A DNA stretch of 64,000 nucleotides from Phycisphaerae bacterium (GTDB taxonomy: Bacteria > Planctomycetota > Phycisphaerae > Phycisphaerales > UBA1924). Of the stretch, positions 52,510 to 62,243 are shown piece by piece. A program made the translations under genes and the position numbers. The notes beneath the pieces are model-generated. The model was not told where the DNA came from. It worked only from the letters and a program-made list of their open reading frames with translations, and ran no database searches. Every line of letters begins with the position of its first letter. Position 1 is the first letter of the stretch. The stretch is from NCBI GenBank assembly GCA_046316615.1, contig JBKDAN010000049.1, positions 38,927 through 102,926 of the forward strand. The letters are read 5' to 3'.

Positions 52510-53346
52510 TCACGTGCGAGGGCGTTCAGCGACGGCATCGTGCGACGACGCGGTGCCCAGCGGCACAATCGTTGGCACACTTTCGCCTTCGTGCTTCGTC
52601 TGCAACAAGGCAAATCGGACCCCGAACACCTCCGCAAGGTTCGCCGCCGTCAACACGGCTTGCGCTGGTCCGCTGGCGAGAACATGTCCATCGCAGGAGA
52701 GCAGCAGCACGTCGTGCGCGATACGACAGGCGAGCGTCAAATCATGCATGACGCACACGACTGCCAAGCCGTGCTGCTTGGCGAGCGTGACGAGAAGGTC
52801 GCACATGCGAAGGGCGGAAGCGGGGTCCTGGGCGCTGACGGGTTCGTCGGCGAGCAGGACGCGTGTGCCGTCCGGGGAGGTATCGCTGCGGAGCTGTGTG
52901 AGCGCGCGTGCAAGAGTGGCTCGTTGCTGCTGGCCGACGGAGAGGGCGGCGAAGGGCGCGGCGGCTCGATCGCGCAGACCTACATCTTCGAGCGCGGTGA
53001 GTGCGAGGTCTTTGGCGCGAGCGGGTGTTGCGTCGAGCGCGCCGAACGCGACGACTTCAGCGACGCTGAATGCGAAAGCGACGTTTGTTCGCTGGGGCAT
53101 GTACGCAATGCGTCTGGCTCGTTGCGTCGCGTCGAGTTCTCGCAGCGGGCGGCCGTCGAGCAGCACCTTGCCTGTGCCTGGCTGCAGTACGCCCAGCAGC
53201 ACGCGCAGCAGTGTGCTTTTGCCTGCGCCGTTGGGGCCGGCGATGACTGTCACGCGTCCGGCGTGCAACTCGCAGGAGACATCTCGCAGGACGTTGTCAT
53301 GCGTGGGGTTGAAGCCGGCAAAGACACGGGAGGCGGCGAGTGTCAT
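52510..53346 (-). CDS. ABC transporter ATP-binding protein (FepC/HmuV-like)
   Basis: Walker A 'GPNGAGKSTLL', signature 'LSVGQQQRATLARAL', Walker B 'LLADEPVSAQD' and H-loop 'VMHDL'. No cognate permease or binding protein is adjacent. Confidence 0.88.
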   Translation of the reverse strand: MTLAASRVFAGFNPTHDNVLRDVSCELHAGRVTVIAGPNGAGKSTLLRVLLGVLQPGTGKVLLDGRPLRELDATQRARRIAYMPQRTNVAFAFSVAEVVAFGALDATPARAKDLALTALEDVGLRDRAAAPFAALSVGQQQRATLARALTQLRSDTSPDGTRVLLADEPVSAQDPASALRMCDLLVTLAKQHGLAVVCVMHDLTLACRIAHDVLLLSCDGHVLASGPAQAVLTAANLAEVFGVRFALLQTKHEGESVPTIVPLGTASSHDAVAERPRT

Positions 53347-54263
53347 GCGGGCACCTCGCGGGCGTCGAGCACGGTGATGGCGCCTGGTAGGACCCCGAAT
53401 GTGAGCGGGCCTTGTGCCGCGTGGCCGCCGTGCTCGCCATCGAGCTGAAAGACGGCGCGTGTGTCGTCGGTCGTGACGCGGACGCTGGTGCCTGTGGCGT
53501 AGATGGAGCCATCAGCATCGTGGCGTTCGCGCAGTCGTGATCGCAGGGTCCAGAGGAGCGCGTCGATGCCTCCGGTCGCGGGCATGAAGACGACGTCGAG
53601 CAGGCCGTCGCTGGCGCTTGCGCGGTGGGCGTGATCGATGCGAAGGGCGTACTGGCGGGTGTTGGCAACGACGAGCATACCCGTGCCGTCGATGACCACC
53701 GGTTTGCCGTCGACTTCGACGTGTAAGGTGGCGACGCGCGGTTTGACGACTTCGCGCAGAACGGGCATGGTGTACGACAAGTGGGAGATTGCGCCGGTTC
53801 GCGCCGCGTCAAGGCGCTCGATCACTCCTGCATCGGGTCCGACGCTGCACATGATGGCGAAGTGCCGGACCGCGCCATCGCCACGTTGCAAGGTGGCGAT
53901 GTCCATAGGGAGGCGCGTGTTGCGGGTGATTGCGCGCAGCAAGGTGTCGTGGGTGCGGCGCATGCCGAACTCGCGAGAGAACAAGTTCTCGGTGCCCATG
54001 GGCAGGTGGTACAACGCGCCGCGCGCGCCGATGAGAGCGGGCAAGGCAAAGTGCACAGTGCCGTCGCCCCCGGCGATCACGATGATGTCGTGGACTTGCG
54101 CTGCATCGTGCAGTTGCGCGAGAAATGCTGCGGCGTCACGACGATCGACATCAAGCTGCGCAGCGGTCATGCCGGCGCGCGTGAGGACGGCGACGGTTTC
54201 AGCGGCTACTCGCGGCCCTTTGCCACGGCCCGACGCGGGATTACACACCACCAGCACGCGCAT
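53343..54263 (-). CDS. Diacylglycerol/lipid kinase family protein (YegS/BmrU-like)
   Basis: 'MRVLVVCNPASGRGKG', 'IIVIAGGDGTVH' and 'LPMGTENLFSREF'. 4-nt overlap with the downstream ABC ATPase. Confidence 0.85.
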   Translation of the reverse strand: MRVLVVCNPASGRGKGPRVAAETVAVLTRAGMTAAQLDVDRRDAAAFLAQLHDAAQVHDIIVIAGGDGTVHFALPALIGARGALYHLPMGTENLFSREFGMRRTHDTLLRAITRNTRLPMDIATLQRGDGAVRHFAIMCSVGPDAGVIERLDAARTGAISHLSYTMPVLREVVKPRVATLHVEVDGKPVVIDGTGMLVVANTRQYALRIDHAHRASASDGLLDVVFMPATGGIDALLWTLRSRLRERHDADGSIYATGTSVRVTTDDTRAVFQLDGEHGGHAAQGPLTFGVLPGAITVLDAREVPA

Positions 54264-54269
54264 GGAGCA

Positions 54270-56957
54270 TTATCGCCTGTCCGCGGACACGGGGGCGAAG
54301 GTCTGTGTGCGGAGGGTGCCATCTCGCCCAATCTTCACATCGATTGCGCCGTTTCGCGCGGTGACCAGCCAGGTTCCGATGTCGCGCGAGTCAGCCCAGC
54401 GTGGGTCGTCGAGTCGTCTTGGGCCGGTGGATTGCAGGACAATGCGGGGCTGCAGTGCGGCGAGGAGCCGCTGGGCTGCAACGTTGAAGGAGCCGTGGTG
54501 GGGCAGTTCGAAGATGTCAACTGCGGGGAGCGAGGTGGAACTCAGCATCGTGTCGATCGCCTCGGGACCCATGTCGCCTGTGAGCAGCACTCGGCTGGGA
54601 ACGGGTTTGGTTGTCGCCGCTTCGAGCAGCATGGTGATGGAGTGGTCGTTGTCGCTCGTGAATGTGGCTCGTGACTGTGGCGAGAGCACGGTGCCTCGTA
54701 CAGAGCCGATCATGAGTGTGTCGCCGGCGGCAAGAGTGCTGACACGCACGTTGCGGGCTGCGAGTTCGCGCAGTGTGACACTCGCCGCGCCGCCCGGCTG
54801 GTCGGTGGATTGCTTGATGAAGCGGTCGGGAACGAGCACTTCGCGGACAGCGAGGGCTTCAATGACATCAAACAAGCCGGCGAAGTGATCGATATCGGGA
54901 TGAGTGATGACGACACGCGGCACGCGGTGAACGCCCAGTTCGCGTGCGGCGGCGACGATGCCAGGCAGATTGCCGGCTCGTCCGGCGCCCTTGCAGTCCC
55001 ACAACACAGCGTCTTGCGGCGTGCTGATGAGCATGCACGTGCCATCGCCCACGTTGAGCGTGGTGACCCGCAGCACGCTTTCGTCGGCGCGCCAGGGCTT
55101 GAGCACCATGAGGGCGTAGGAGCATGCGCAGATGGCGATGACAGCGGTGAGGTGGCGTTTCTTCCAGCGGTGACCATGACGTACCAGGATGACGAGCGCC
55201 GCGGTTGCGAGCATGGTCCACGCGAGGCCGGGATCTTGCATGCGTATGGAACTGAAAGGTGCGCTGTCTATGACTCGAGCGGCCCACGCGGCGGCAGCGG
55301 TGGCTCCGGTCAGGATCCAGCCGGCTGGCACCGCAAGCCATGAGGCGAGTGCGCCCAAGCCAAGGCTGATGTACCCCGCCCACAGCGCGAGCACGATGAC
55401 GGGTGAGACGACCAGCGTCGCGGCGATGCCCAATGGGCTGATCAGGCCCGTGGTATGAATCAGCAGAGGCAGCGACACAAGCCAGCACATCACGCTGATG
55501 GCGATGGCACTCTTGATGCCCGCGAAGGCACGACTCAGGAGACTCGGTTTGTCGTCGATGAGACCGAGCACGGGTTGGCCGAAGAGTCGCCACTGCATGG
55601 CCTCACTTGCCCAGAGCAGCATGGCGGTGAGGCCCACGCTGAGCTGAAAGCCAAGGCTGGTGACATCGAGCGGTCGCCAGACGAGCAGCGCGAGCGTGAT
55701 GAATCCGAGGACGCAGACGCGGTCGTAGCGTCGTCCCGTCGCCTCCGTCGCGAGCAGCGCAAGCACCATGAGTGCTGACCGCAGGATGGGCGCTTCCAAC
55801 GGGACGATGGCTGTGTAGAGCAGGACCGCACCTGCAACGACCGTCGGTTCAAGCCAGCCGCGGTCGCCGGTCAGCCGGAGTACGAACAACGCGACCATCG
55901 CCATCACGGTGAGGTGAAAGCCCGAGATAGAGAGGACGTGCGACAGTCCCAGGCGTGTGAACGTCTGTGTGATTTCGGCGGTCGCGGGATCATCCTCTTC
56001 ACCAAGGAGCAGTGCGCGGGCGAGGGCCCGTTGCTCGGGCGCGGCGTGGGCTGTCGCTTTCGCGAAAACATCGTGCGCACGCTGACGCATCGCTTCTCGC
56101 TGGGCGATGACAAAGCCCCAGCCCGTTGCGTCGGACACGCGCTCAACAAGCTCGGGTGCGCTGGTTTCGAGGATGCCTGCGTATCCGTCGTGCACGGCGC
56201 GACGCTGTCGATGCGGCTCGCCCGGGTTCATGCGTTGGCTCGGCGGTTCGTAGATGCCCAGCACGCGCACACGCTGTCCGGCGGTGACGCGGGGAGCGTC
56301 AACGCCTTGGGTCAATACCAGCACGCGGCCGCTGGCTGCACGCCAGACGCCTTGGTCTTCCACGCGGTCGGCGCGAATCCACAGCCGCGTGGTTGGTGCG
56401 ACGACCATGAAGGGTGCAAGAGGGCCTTGCGGCGGTGGACTTGCTCGCGGCGTGGATTGCACCACACCCTCCAGCGCCAGCACGACACCAGCGCGCGGTG
56501 ACTGGTCGTCTGTCATCGCTCGCACGACGCTGGGCAGATAGGTGTCATTGGCGCTGAGCGTTCGTGCGGTGTTGAGGCCAGCGAAGAACGCGGTGATTGC
56601 AATGAGGATCGAGCTGCGAGCAGTCCACGCGGCGCGATCGCTGGTGACGGCGGCAAGCAGGATGCAGATGCTTGCCAACGCGAACCAGCTCCAGGTTGGG
56701 ATGGTCCATCCGGCGTTGGCGAGGGCCAAGCTGGTGAGAATGCCTGTGATGGCAGAGGCGACGCCGGACCAGATACGTAATCGAGCGCGAGCGACTTCTT
56801 GAGCAGTCGTCTCGCGCACATCGCGGTCTGGCTGTGTGGCACCCGCCCTCATGCCGTGAAGCATACCACAAACGAAAACCGCGGCGTTGGCGCCGCGGTT
56901 GTGGAGACTTGCCTGATCGGTTCGCTTAGGTGCCAGCGGCTTGGACGAGGTCGTCAA
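54270..56957 (-). CDS. comEC: ComEC/Rec2 DNA internalization channel with a C-terminal metallo-beta-lactamase domain
   Basis: Competence-domain TM core ('LGLSHVLSISGFHLTVM'), the N-terminal OB-like DUF4131 region and MBL blocks 'VTTLNVGDGTCMLI', 'VVITHPDIDHFAG' and 'LPHHGS'. The start may be an internal Met (about 56864/56852), which would avoid the overlap with the upstream gene. Confidence 0.9.
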   Translation of the reverse strand: MTTSSKPLAPKRTDQASLHNRGANAAVFVCGMLHGMRAGATQPDRDVRETTAQEVARARLRIWSGVASAITGILTSLALANAGWTIPTWSWFALASICILLAAVTSDRAAWTARSSILIAITAFFAGLNTARTLSANDTYLPSVVRAMTDDQSPRAGVVLALEGVVQSTPRASPPPQGPLAPFMVVAPTTRLWIRADRVEDQGVWRAASGRVLVLTQGVDAPRVTAGQRVRVLGIYEPPSQRMNPGEPHRQRRAVHDGYAGILETSAPELVERVSDATGWGFVIAQREAMRQRAHDVFAKATAHAAPEQRALARALLLGEEDDPATAEITQTFTRLGLSHVLSISGFHLTVMAMVALFVLRLTGDRGWLEPTVVAGAVLLYTAIVPLEAPILRSALMVLALLATEATGRRYDRVCVLGFITLALLVWRPLDVTSLGFQLSVGLTAMLLWASEAMQWRLFGQPVLGLIDDKPSLLSRAFAGIKSAIAISVMCWLVSLPLLIHTTGLISPLGIAATLVVSPVIVLALWAGYISLGLGALASWLAVPAGWILTGATAAAAWAARVIDSAPFSSIRMQDPGLAWTMLATAALVILVRHGHRWKKRHLTAVIAICACSYALMVLKPWRADESVLRVTTLNVGDGTCMLISTPQDAVLWDCKGAGRAGNLPGIVAAARELGVHRVPRVVITHPDIDHFAGLFDVIEALAVREVLVPDRFIKQSTDQPGGAASVTLRELAARNVRVSTLAAGDTLMIGSVRGTVLSPQSRATFTSDNDHSITMLLEAATTKPVPSRVLLTGDMGPEAIDTMLSSTSLPAVDIFELPHHGSFNVAAQRLLAALQPRIVLQSTGPRRLDDPRWADSRDIGTWLVTARNGAIDVKIGRDGTLRTQTFAPVSADRR

Positions 56958-58065
56958 AGCCAGTGATGATGTCCGTGCTGGTGGGGCGACCCTGCGGGTC
57001 GGTCAACTGGCCGTTGGCATTGGTGCGGAAGTTGAGGCCGTAGTAGAGCTCTTGGGCCCCGCCACGCACTGCCGCTCCTTTGTCTTCGTCGCTGAGGTAG
57101 ATGCCATCCTTGCCCGCACTGTGCAACACAACGCCGCCGCGAGACGCCGAAGGCAGAATATCCGCCAGCGCAATTGTCGCGTCGTTCGCGTTCACGGGAG
57201 ATGCAGGGTTGCCGAGCAAAGCCGTGAGGTTCGCCGCAATACCCGCACTGTTACTGCTCGGAACGAGAAAGTTGCCGATCAGACTCTTGTTTTGATTAGG
57301 TGCCTTGAGTCCGACGCGCACGTTCTCCCTCAGGAAAGTGAAATTGTTAGCACGATAGAAGCGGGCCACGTCAGTAGGTTGAAGCCCGACATTAGCGCGT
57401 GCAAACTTCTCGACTGAGCTGATCTTCTTGGAGGCGGTCGTGTCTTCATTCCACGCCAAAATGGGCGTACCAAACGCATCGATCAGCTCGGGCATCAGTT
57501 TGTTCTCTGCAACGGTGCCCCACCGTTCACCATTCTCAGGTACATTGATCACACGCCAGTTCTTCGCGCCGGGAGTGAAATACTGCTTGCCGGTCGCGTT
57601 TGCGGCGCCGATGAGGTCAGGATTCACCCACACCCAACGGCCGTCAACGGTCGGATCAGGACCCATCTTGCTCCAGCCGGTGGGCGCCGGTGGCGTGTTG
57701 GGGCTGGCGGGGTTGGGCACTGAGAAGCCGCCCGCGAGATCGAGCATGATGTTCTGCATGCCGCTGAAGCCATTGTCTTCGTTCACAGGCCTTCCCATGT
57801 CGCGTGCGGCGAAGTAGCCTGCGGGTTTGCGGCTATCGAGTTCGAAGGCCTGACAGGCTGCCGCGAGGCCGCCGATGACGCCGCGCGTTTCGCTGACGCG
57901 AGCGCTGGTGCGCACGCTGGACAGGGCAGGGACCGTGATGGACACGAGCACAATGATGATGAAGATCACCACGAGCAGCTCGATGAGCGTGAAGCCCCCG
58001 CGCGGCGTGTTGGCGAAACGTTGATTTGACGATGCGTTCACGCGTTGCATGCTGGCTCCTACCAC
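56926..58065 (-). CDS. Prepilin-type N-terminal cleavage/methylation domain protein (GspG-like pseudopilin with a large insertion)
   Basis: 'RGGFTLIELLVVIFIIIVLVSITVPAL' (class III signal) and a C-terminal 'VVLHSAGKDGIY' similar to the GspG 'S.G.DG' motif. Confidence 0.85.
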   Translation of the reverse strand: MVGASMQRVNASSNQRFANTPRGGFTLIELLVVIFIIIVLVSITVPALSSVRTSARVSETRGVIGGLAAACQAFELDSRKPAGYFAARDMGRPVNEDNGFSGMQNIMLDLAGGFSVPNPASPNTPPAPTGWSKMGPDPTVDGRWVWVNPDLIGAANATGKQYFTPGAKNWRVINVPENGERWGTVAENKLMPELIDAFGTPILAWNEDTTASKKISSVEKFARANVGLQPTDVARFYRANNFTFLRENVRVGLKAPNQNKSLIGNFLVPSSNSAGIAANLTALLGNPASPVNANDATIALADILPSASRGGVVLHSAGKDGIYLSDEDKGAAVRGGAQELYYGLNFRTNANGQLTDPQGRPTSTDIITGFDDLVQAAGT

Positions 58066-58255
58066 TCTGGCGGTTCGCTGGACGGATGGCTATTCGCGGG
58101 CCACGGTCTATCTGTTGCTGACAAAGACACCCTGCGCGATACCGCCGCCCGATTCGGTCGGTTGCAGATCTTCAATCCTAGCCGCCTCGTGCCATTCTTT
58201 GCCCTGACAGGCATCTTACAGAATCCTTCGATCGCCCCGCTCCGTAAACTATGCC

Positions 58256-59416
58256 ATGGCTGGTGGCGATGTCCAAAGTCCCGCATCGACGGCGAGCGTG
58301 AACGCAGCGGTAGACGCGCTGCGGTCGGGCGACCTTGTCGTTTTGCCGACGGAAACGCTGTACGGGGTCTTTGCCGATGCCACGCGGCCGCAGGCGCTCA
58401 GCAAGTTGAGAGCAGCCCGGGCGCAGCTCGGTGCGCCGACGCATGCACCGTTGACATGGCATGCTGCAGAGCCCGAAGAGGTGCAGCCCCTCCTGATACA
58501 TGACACTCACCGCCACATCGCCGGTGCGGTGCTGCCTGGTCCTGTGCGGCTGATTGTGGAGTCCGGCGGCGTGACGCTTGCAGCGGTGACGCAGCGTTGC
58601 GGGCCGGATGTGCTCGATGCCGCGCTTGAACAGGACGCCTCCATCCGCGTGATGAGCGTTCGTGTGCCGAGTGATGCGACGTTTGCGGCGGTGGCCAAAG
58701 CTGGCGGCTTGCTTGTTGGTGAGCGTGTCGGCTTGATCGGACTGGGTGACGGGCGGGTGCTTGCGGCAGATGCTGGGGCGATCGCGGCGAAGGCTGGTGT
58801 TCGCGTGGTGGTTGATACCGGTCCGACACAGTTTGGTGCGCCGAGCAACGCAGTGCGCCTGATGCATGGCGGTTGGTATCGAATCGAGGGTGCGGGCGCG
58901 TGGAGCGAGCGCACGTTGCGGAGCAAGTTTGAAACGCAGATTCTGTTTCTGTGCACAGGCAATACCTGTCGAAGCCCGATGGCGGAGGCGATCGCACGCC
59001 ACTATCTGTCCAAACCTCACGCAACCAAGAAGCCCACGCGCGTTGCCAGTGCGGGTGTTGCGACGAGTGATGGTCTTGCAATGACACCTGAAGCCAAGGA
59101 GGCGCTTGAGCGACTGCGAATTGATCCGGGTCGCCATCGCTCGCGTGTGCTGACGCGCGAGATGGTGGAAGATGCAACGGTGATTTACGCCATGACACGT
59201 TCGCATGCCCAGCAGGCCATCGCGCTGATGCCAGCGGCGAAGGACAAGATTCAGATTCTTGATCCCAGCGGGCGTGATGTCGCGGACCCCATCGGCAGTT
59301 CGCTTGCCACGTACGTGCAGACCGCGGAAGCGATCGCGAACTTCATTCGCACGCGGTTTACGGCAGATGGCACGCTCACGCTCCCTCGTAAAAAGGGCAT
59401 TCTGGAGCCGGGCTGA
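58256..59416 (+). CDS. Fusion protein: YrdC/Sua5-like domain plus low-molecular-weight phosphatase domain
   Basis: N-terminal half: 'LRSGDLVVLPTETLYGVFADA', 'LPGPVRLIV', 'VRVPSD' and 'VVDTGPT..GAPSNAVRL' (YrdC fold blocks). C-terminal half: 'ILFLCTGNTCRSPMAEAIAR' (CX5R P-loop), 'ASAGV' and 'DVADPIG' (the general-acid Asp). Confidence 0.82.
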   Translation: MAGGDVQSPASTASVNAAVDALRSGDLVVLPTETLYGVFADATRPQALSKLRAARAQLGAPTHAPLTWHAAEPEEVQPLLIHDTHRHIAGAVLPGPVRLIVESGGVTLAAVTQRCGPDVLDAALEQDASIRVMSVRVPSDATFAAVAKAGGLLVGERVGLIGLGDGRVLAADAGAIAAKAGVRVVVDTGPTQFGAPSNAVRLMHGGWYRIEGAGAWSERTLRSKFETQILFLCTGNTCRSPMAEAIARHYLSKPHATKKPTRVASAGVATSDGLAMTPEAKEALERLRIDPGRHRSRVLTREMVEDATVIYAMTRSHAQQAIALMPAAKDKIQILDPSGRDVADPIGSSLATYVQTAEAIANFIRTRFTADGTLTLPRKKGILEPG

Positions 59417-59429
59417 AGCTGCGAGTGCA

Positions 59430-61073
59430 TCACGTCGCTTCGATGCGCATCAGGGTGTGCACGCTTGCCACCGTGTCGGCTTGCGCGGGCGTCTTGTCGT
59501 CGCGAATTCGTGCGATGCGGGGGAAGCGCAGGGCGACGCCGCTCTTGTGACGGTTGGAATCCTGCAAACCTTCGAAGGCGAGCTCGAAGACCATGGTGGG
59601 CTTGACGGCACGAACCGGGCCGTGTCGGCTCAGTGTGTTGGCACGCACGAACGCATCGACGCGATCAATCTCCGCGTCGGACAGGCCTGAATACGCCTTT
59701 GCGATGGTGACGAGTTCGCCTGTGCCAGGTGTCTCGCCTGTCCACGCCGCAAAGGTGTAATCCGTAAAGACCGATGCACGTCTGCCGCTGCCCGGCTGGG
59801 CTGCGATGAGAACAGCATCGATGGTGAAGGGCTCAATCTTCCACTTCCACCAGTCACCGCGCTCGCGACCCGTGCCGTACGTGCTTGTACGACGCTTGAG
59901 CATGATGCCTTCCACACCGCGCTGGCGCGAGGTGGCTCGCAGGTGAGTCAGCTCGTCCCATGATGTTGCGGAGATGACGGGCGAGAGGGAGATGGCGGGT
60001 TCGCCTCTCAAATTGTGCAACAAGGCTTCGAGCCGGGCGCGGCGATCGGCGAGCGGGGTGCTGCGTAGATCTTCGCCCTGCCACTCGAGCACGTCATACG
60101 CGACGAAGCGCACGGGCGTGTCGACGAAGAGCAACTCATCGTGTCGTGCCTGGGTTGTCTTGCCGATGCGAAGTTGGAGATCGCTGAAGGGCAGCGGGCG
60201 CGCTGAGCCCGGCTCCCACGCGAGAATCTCCCCATCCAGCACGCAGCCATCGGGCAGACCCGAAAGCACACTCGCGAGATCCGTGAAGCGATCGCTGAGC
60301 ATGTCTTCGCCTCGTGACCAGATTGTGATGCGCTGCTCGCGTGCGATGACTTGTGCGCGGATGCCGTCCCACTTCCATTCCGCTTGCCACTGGCTGATGT
60401 CGCCCAGGGTCTCGACAGGCTGTTCAAGCGGCGACGCGAGGTAGAACGGATAGGGTTTGGCGCCGCGAGCGTCGGCGCGTTGCGGAGCGAGCAGCTTGGC
60501 GTAGTCGGAGGGCGTTGGATCCCAGTTGCCCATCACGCGGTGGGCCATCTCGGCTTGATCGACTTGCGCCACCTGTGCCAGGGCTCTCACAGCAAGTGTG
60601 CGAGAGAGACCCACGCGAAAGGAGCCGCTGATGAGCTTGTGAAAGACGAATCGCTGCGAAGCCGGCAGGCGACTCCAGATGGAACGAAGGACTTCCCGCT
60701 TCTGATCGCTCTTCATCGTGCGCAGCGGCAGGATGAACGATTCCATCGCTTCGGCCAGTGTCATGGGTTCGCCCGCTGCGTCGTCAGGCAGCAGCAGTGA
60801 GATCGTTTCGCTCAGGTCGCCAACGGCTTCGTAGCTTTCGTTGATGAGCCAGGCGGGCATGCTCGTGGCTTCTTGCAGCGCAAGTCGCAGGTCGGTGTGG
60901 CTGACGGCTCGCTTGACGCGTCCGCCGGTGAGAATCCATGCAGCCCACGCGGCATCGCGAGGTGGCGCAGCATGCAAGTACGCCACGAGCGCCGCCACCT
61001 TGTCGTTGGTGCTCGTTGACGCGTCGAGAGATTCGTACATGGCGGTGAAAGCTTGCATGCGAAGAAAACACAC
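59430..61073 (-). CDS. ATP-dependent DNA ligase (ligase-associated DNA damage response type)
   Basis: Adenylation motif I 'EWKWDGIRAQV', 'DGEILAW', 'FVAYDVLE' and 'EGIMLKR...GTGRERGDWWKWK' (motifs IV-V). It is paired with the MBL exonuclease upstream. Confidence 0.88.
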   Translation of the reverse strand: MCFLRMQAFTAMYESLDASTSTNDKVAALVAYLHAAPPRDAAWAAWILTGGRVKRAVSHTDLRLALQEATSMPAWLINESYEAVGDLSETISLLLPDDAAGEPMTLAEAMESFILPLRTMKSDQKREVLRSIWSRLPASQRFVFHKLISGSFRVGLSRTLAVRALAQVAQVDQAEMAHRVMGNWDPTPSDYAKLLAPQRADARGAKPYPFYLASPLEQPVETLGDISQWQAEWKWDGIRAQVIAREQRITIWSRGEDMLSDRFTDLASVLSGLPDGCVLDGEILAWEPGSARPLPFSDLQLRIGKTTQARHDELLFVDTPVRFVAYDVLEWQGEDLRSTPLADRRARLEALLHNLRGEPAISLSPVISATSWDELTHLRATSRQRGVEGIMLKRRTSTYGTGRERGDWWKWKIEPFTIDAVLIAAQPGSGRRASVFTDYTFAAWTGETPGTGELVTIAKAYSGLSDAEIDRVDAFVRANTLSRHGPVRAVKPTMVFELAFEGLQDSNRHKSGVALRFPRIARIRDDKTPAQADTVASVHTLMRIEAT

Positions 61074-61134
61074 GGGCGATCAGATGGGATTCACGAGTTG
61101 TGCGAGAGAACGCGTGGTCGACCTGTTGTGATGT

Positions 61135-62211
61135 TCAGCTCCCTTCTGCGTCGGTTGTTGCTGGTGGGTTGTCGTCGGTGGCTTTGTCTTCGGTCGCGCC
61201 GCCTTCGCCTTCAAAGCGGGTTGCGATTGTCCATGTCTCAAGGCCTTGTTCCTTGAGATATCGCGCGAGGACGGATGTGTACCCGTGTGTCACGCCCACG
61301 CGTGTCGCGCCCGTGGCGCGGATGGTCTCGAGCAGGCCCGGCCAGTCGGCGTGGTCGCTGAGTACAAAGCCGCGATCCACGCCTCGTCGCCTTCGCGGGC
61401 CGCGGACTCGCATCCAACCGCTGGCGAACGCCTCGCGTCGCTCGCCGAACTTGCGAGCCCATGCGCTGTTGTCTGCGCCGGGAGGCGCGATGATGATCGC
61501 TTTGCCAGCGGCGTTCTTGACGTTGGTCTTGTCGGCTCGTTCGCAATCCGGGAGCTTGACACCCGCTGCGGCGTAGATGGGCAGGAACTTCTCGACCGCT
61601 CCATGGACGTAGATCGGTCCCACGCTCGCATCGAGCAGAGCCAGCACGCTCTGGGCCTTTCCGAGTGCGTACGCATAGACGATGGAGGTTGCGCCTTCGC
61701 GTGCGTTGTCTACCCACCACGCGTTGATTTGTTGACCAATGTCTTCTCGCGATTGCCAGCGATAAATGGGCAAGCCAAACGTGCTCTCGGTGATGAACGT
61801 GTGGCACGCGACGGGTTCCATCTGTTCGCCACTGCAGTCTCGCTGGGTCTTGTAGTCGCCGCTGACGACCCACACTTCACCCTTGTGCTCCACACGCACC
61901 ATGGCGGAGCCCAGCACGTGACCTGCGGGATGCAGGCTCACGCGAACATCGCCAACATCACGCACTTCGCCGAAGGCCACGCCTGTCACCTGCACATTGC
62001 CCAGGCGTGCACGCAAGACCGCGACGCCGCTCTGTGCACAGAAGTAGTCGCTCGCACCCCAGCGTGCATGGTCGCTATGCGCGTGCGTGATGATCGCACG
62101 ATCGCCCGGCGCAGGTCGCCATGGATCGACATAGAAGCCACCTCGCGGGCAGTACAAACCTTTATCGGTGTTGGTCAACAGGTCCGGCACAGCATCACTG
62201 TTCGCACACAT
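61135..62211 (-). CDS. Ligase-associated DNA damage response exonuclease (metallo-beta-lactamase/beta-CASP fold)
   Basis: 'AIITHAHSDHARWG' (HxHxDH), 'LHPAGHVLGSA', 'ESTFG' and 'SDHADWPGLLETI..TGATRVGVTHG'. It sits immediately upstream of the ATP-dependent ligase. Confidence 0.85.
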   Translation of the reverse strand: MCANSDAVPDLLTNTDKGLYCPRGGFYVDPWRPAPGDRAIITHAHSDHARWGASDYFCAQSGVAVLRARLGNVQVTGVAFGEVRDVGDVRVSLHPAGHVLGSAMVRVEHKGEVWVVSGDYKTQRDCSGEQMEPVACHTFITESTFGLPIYRWQSREDIGQQINAWWVDNAREGATSIVYAYALGKAQSVLALLDASVGPIYVHGAVEKFLPIYAAAGVKLPDCERADKTNVKNAAGKAIIIAPPGADNSAWARKFGERREAFASGWMRVRGPRRRRGVDRGFVLSDHADWPGLLETIRATGATRVGVTHGYTSVLARYLKEQGLETWTIATRFEGEGGATEDKATDDNPPATTDAEGS

Positions 62212-62243
62212 CGTGCTGCGCGACGCACTGCGGCGTGCATGAA

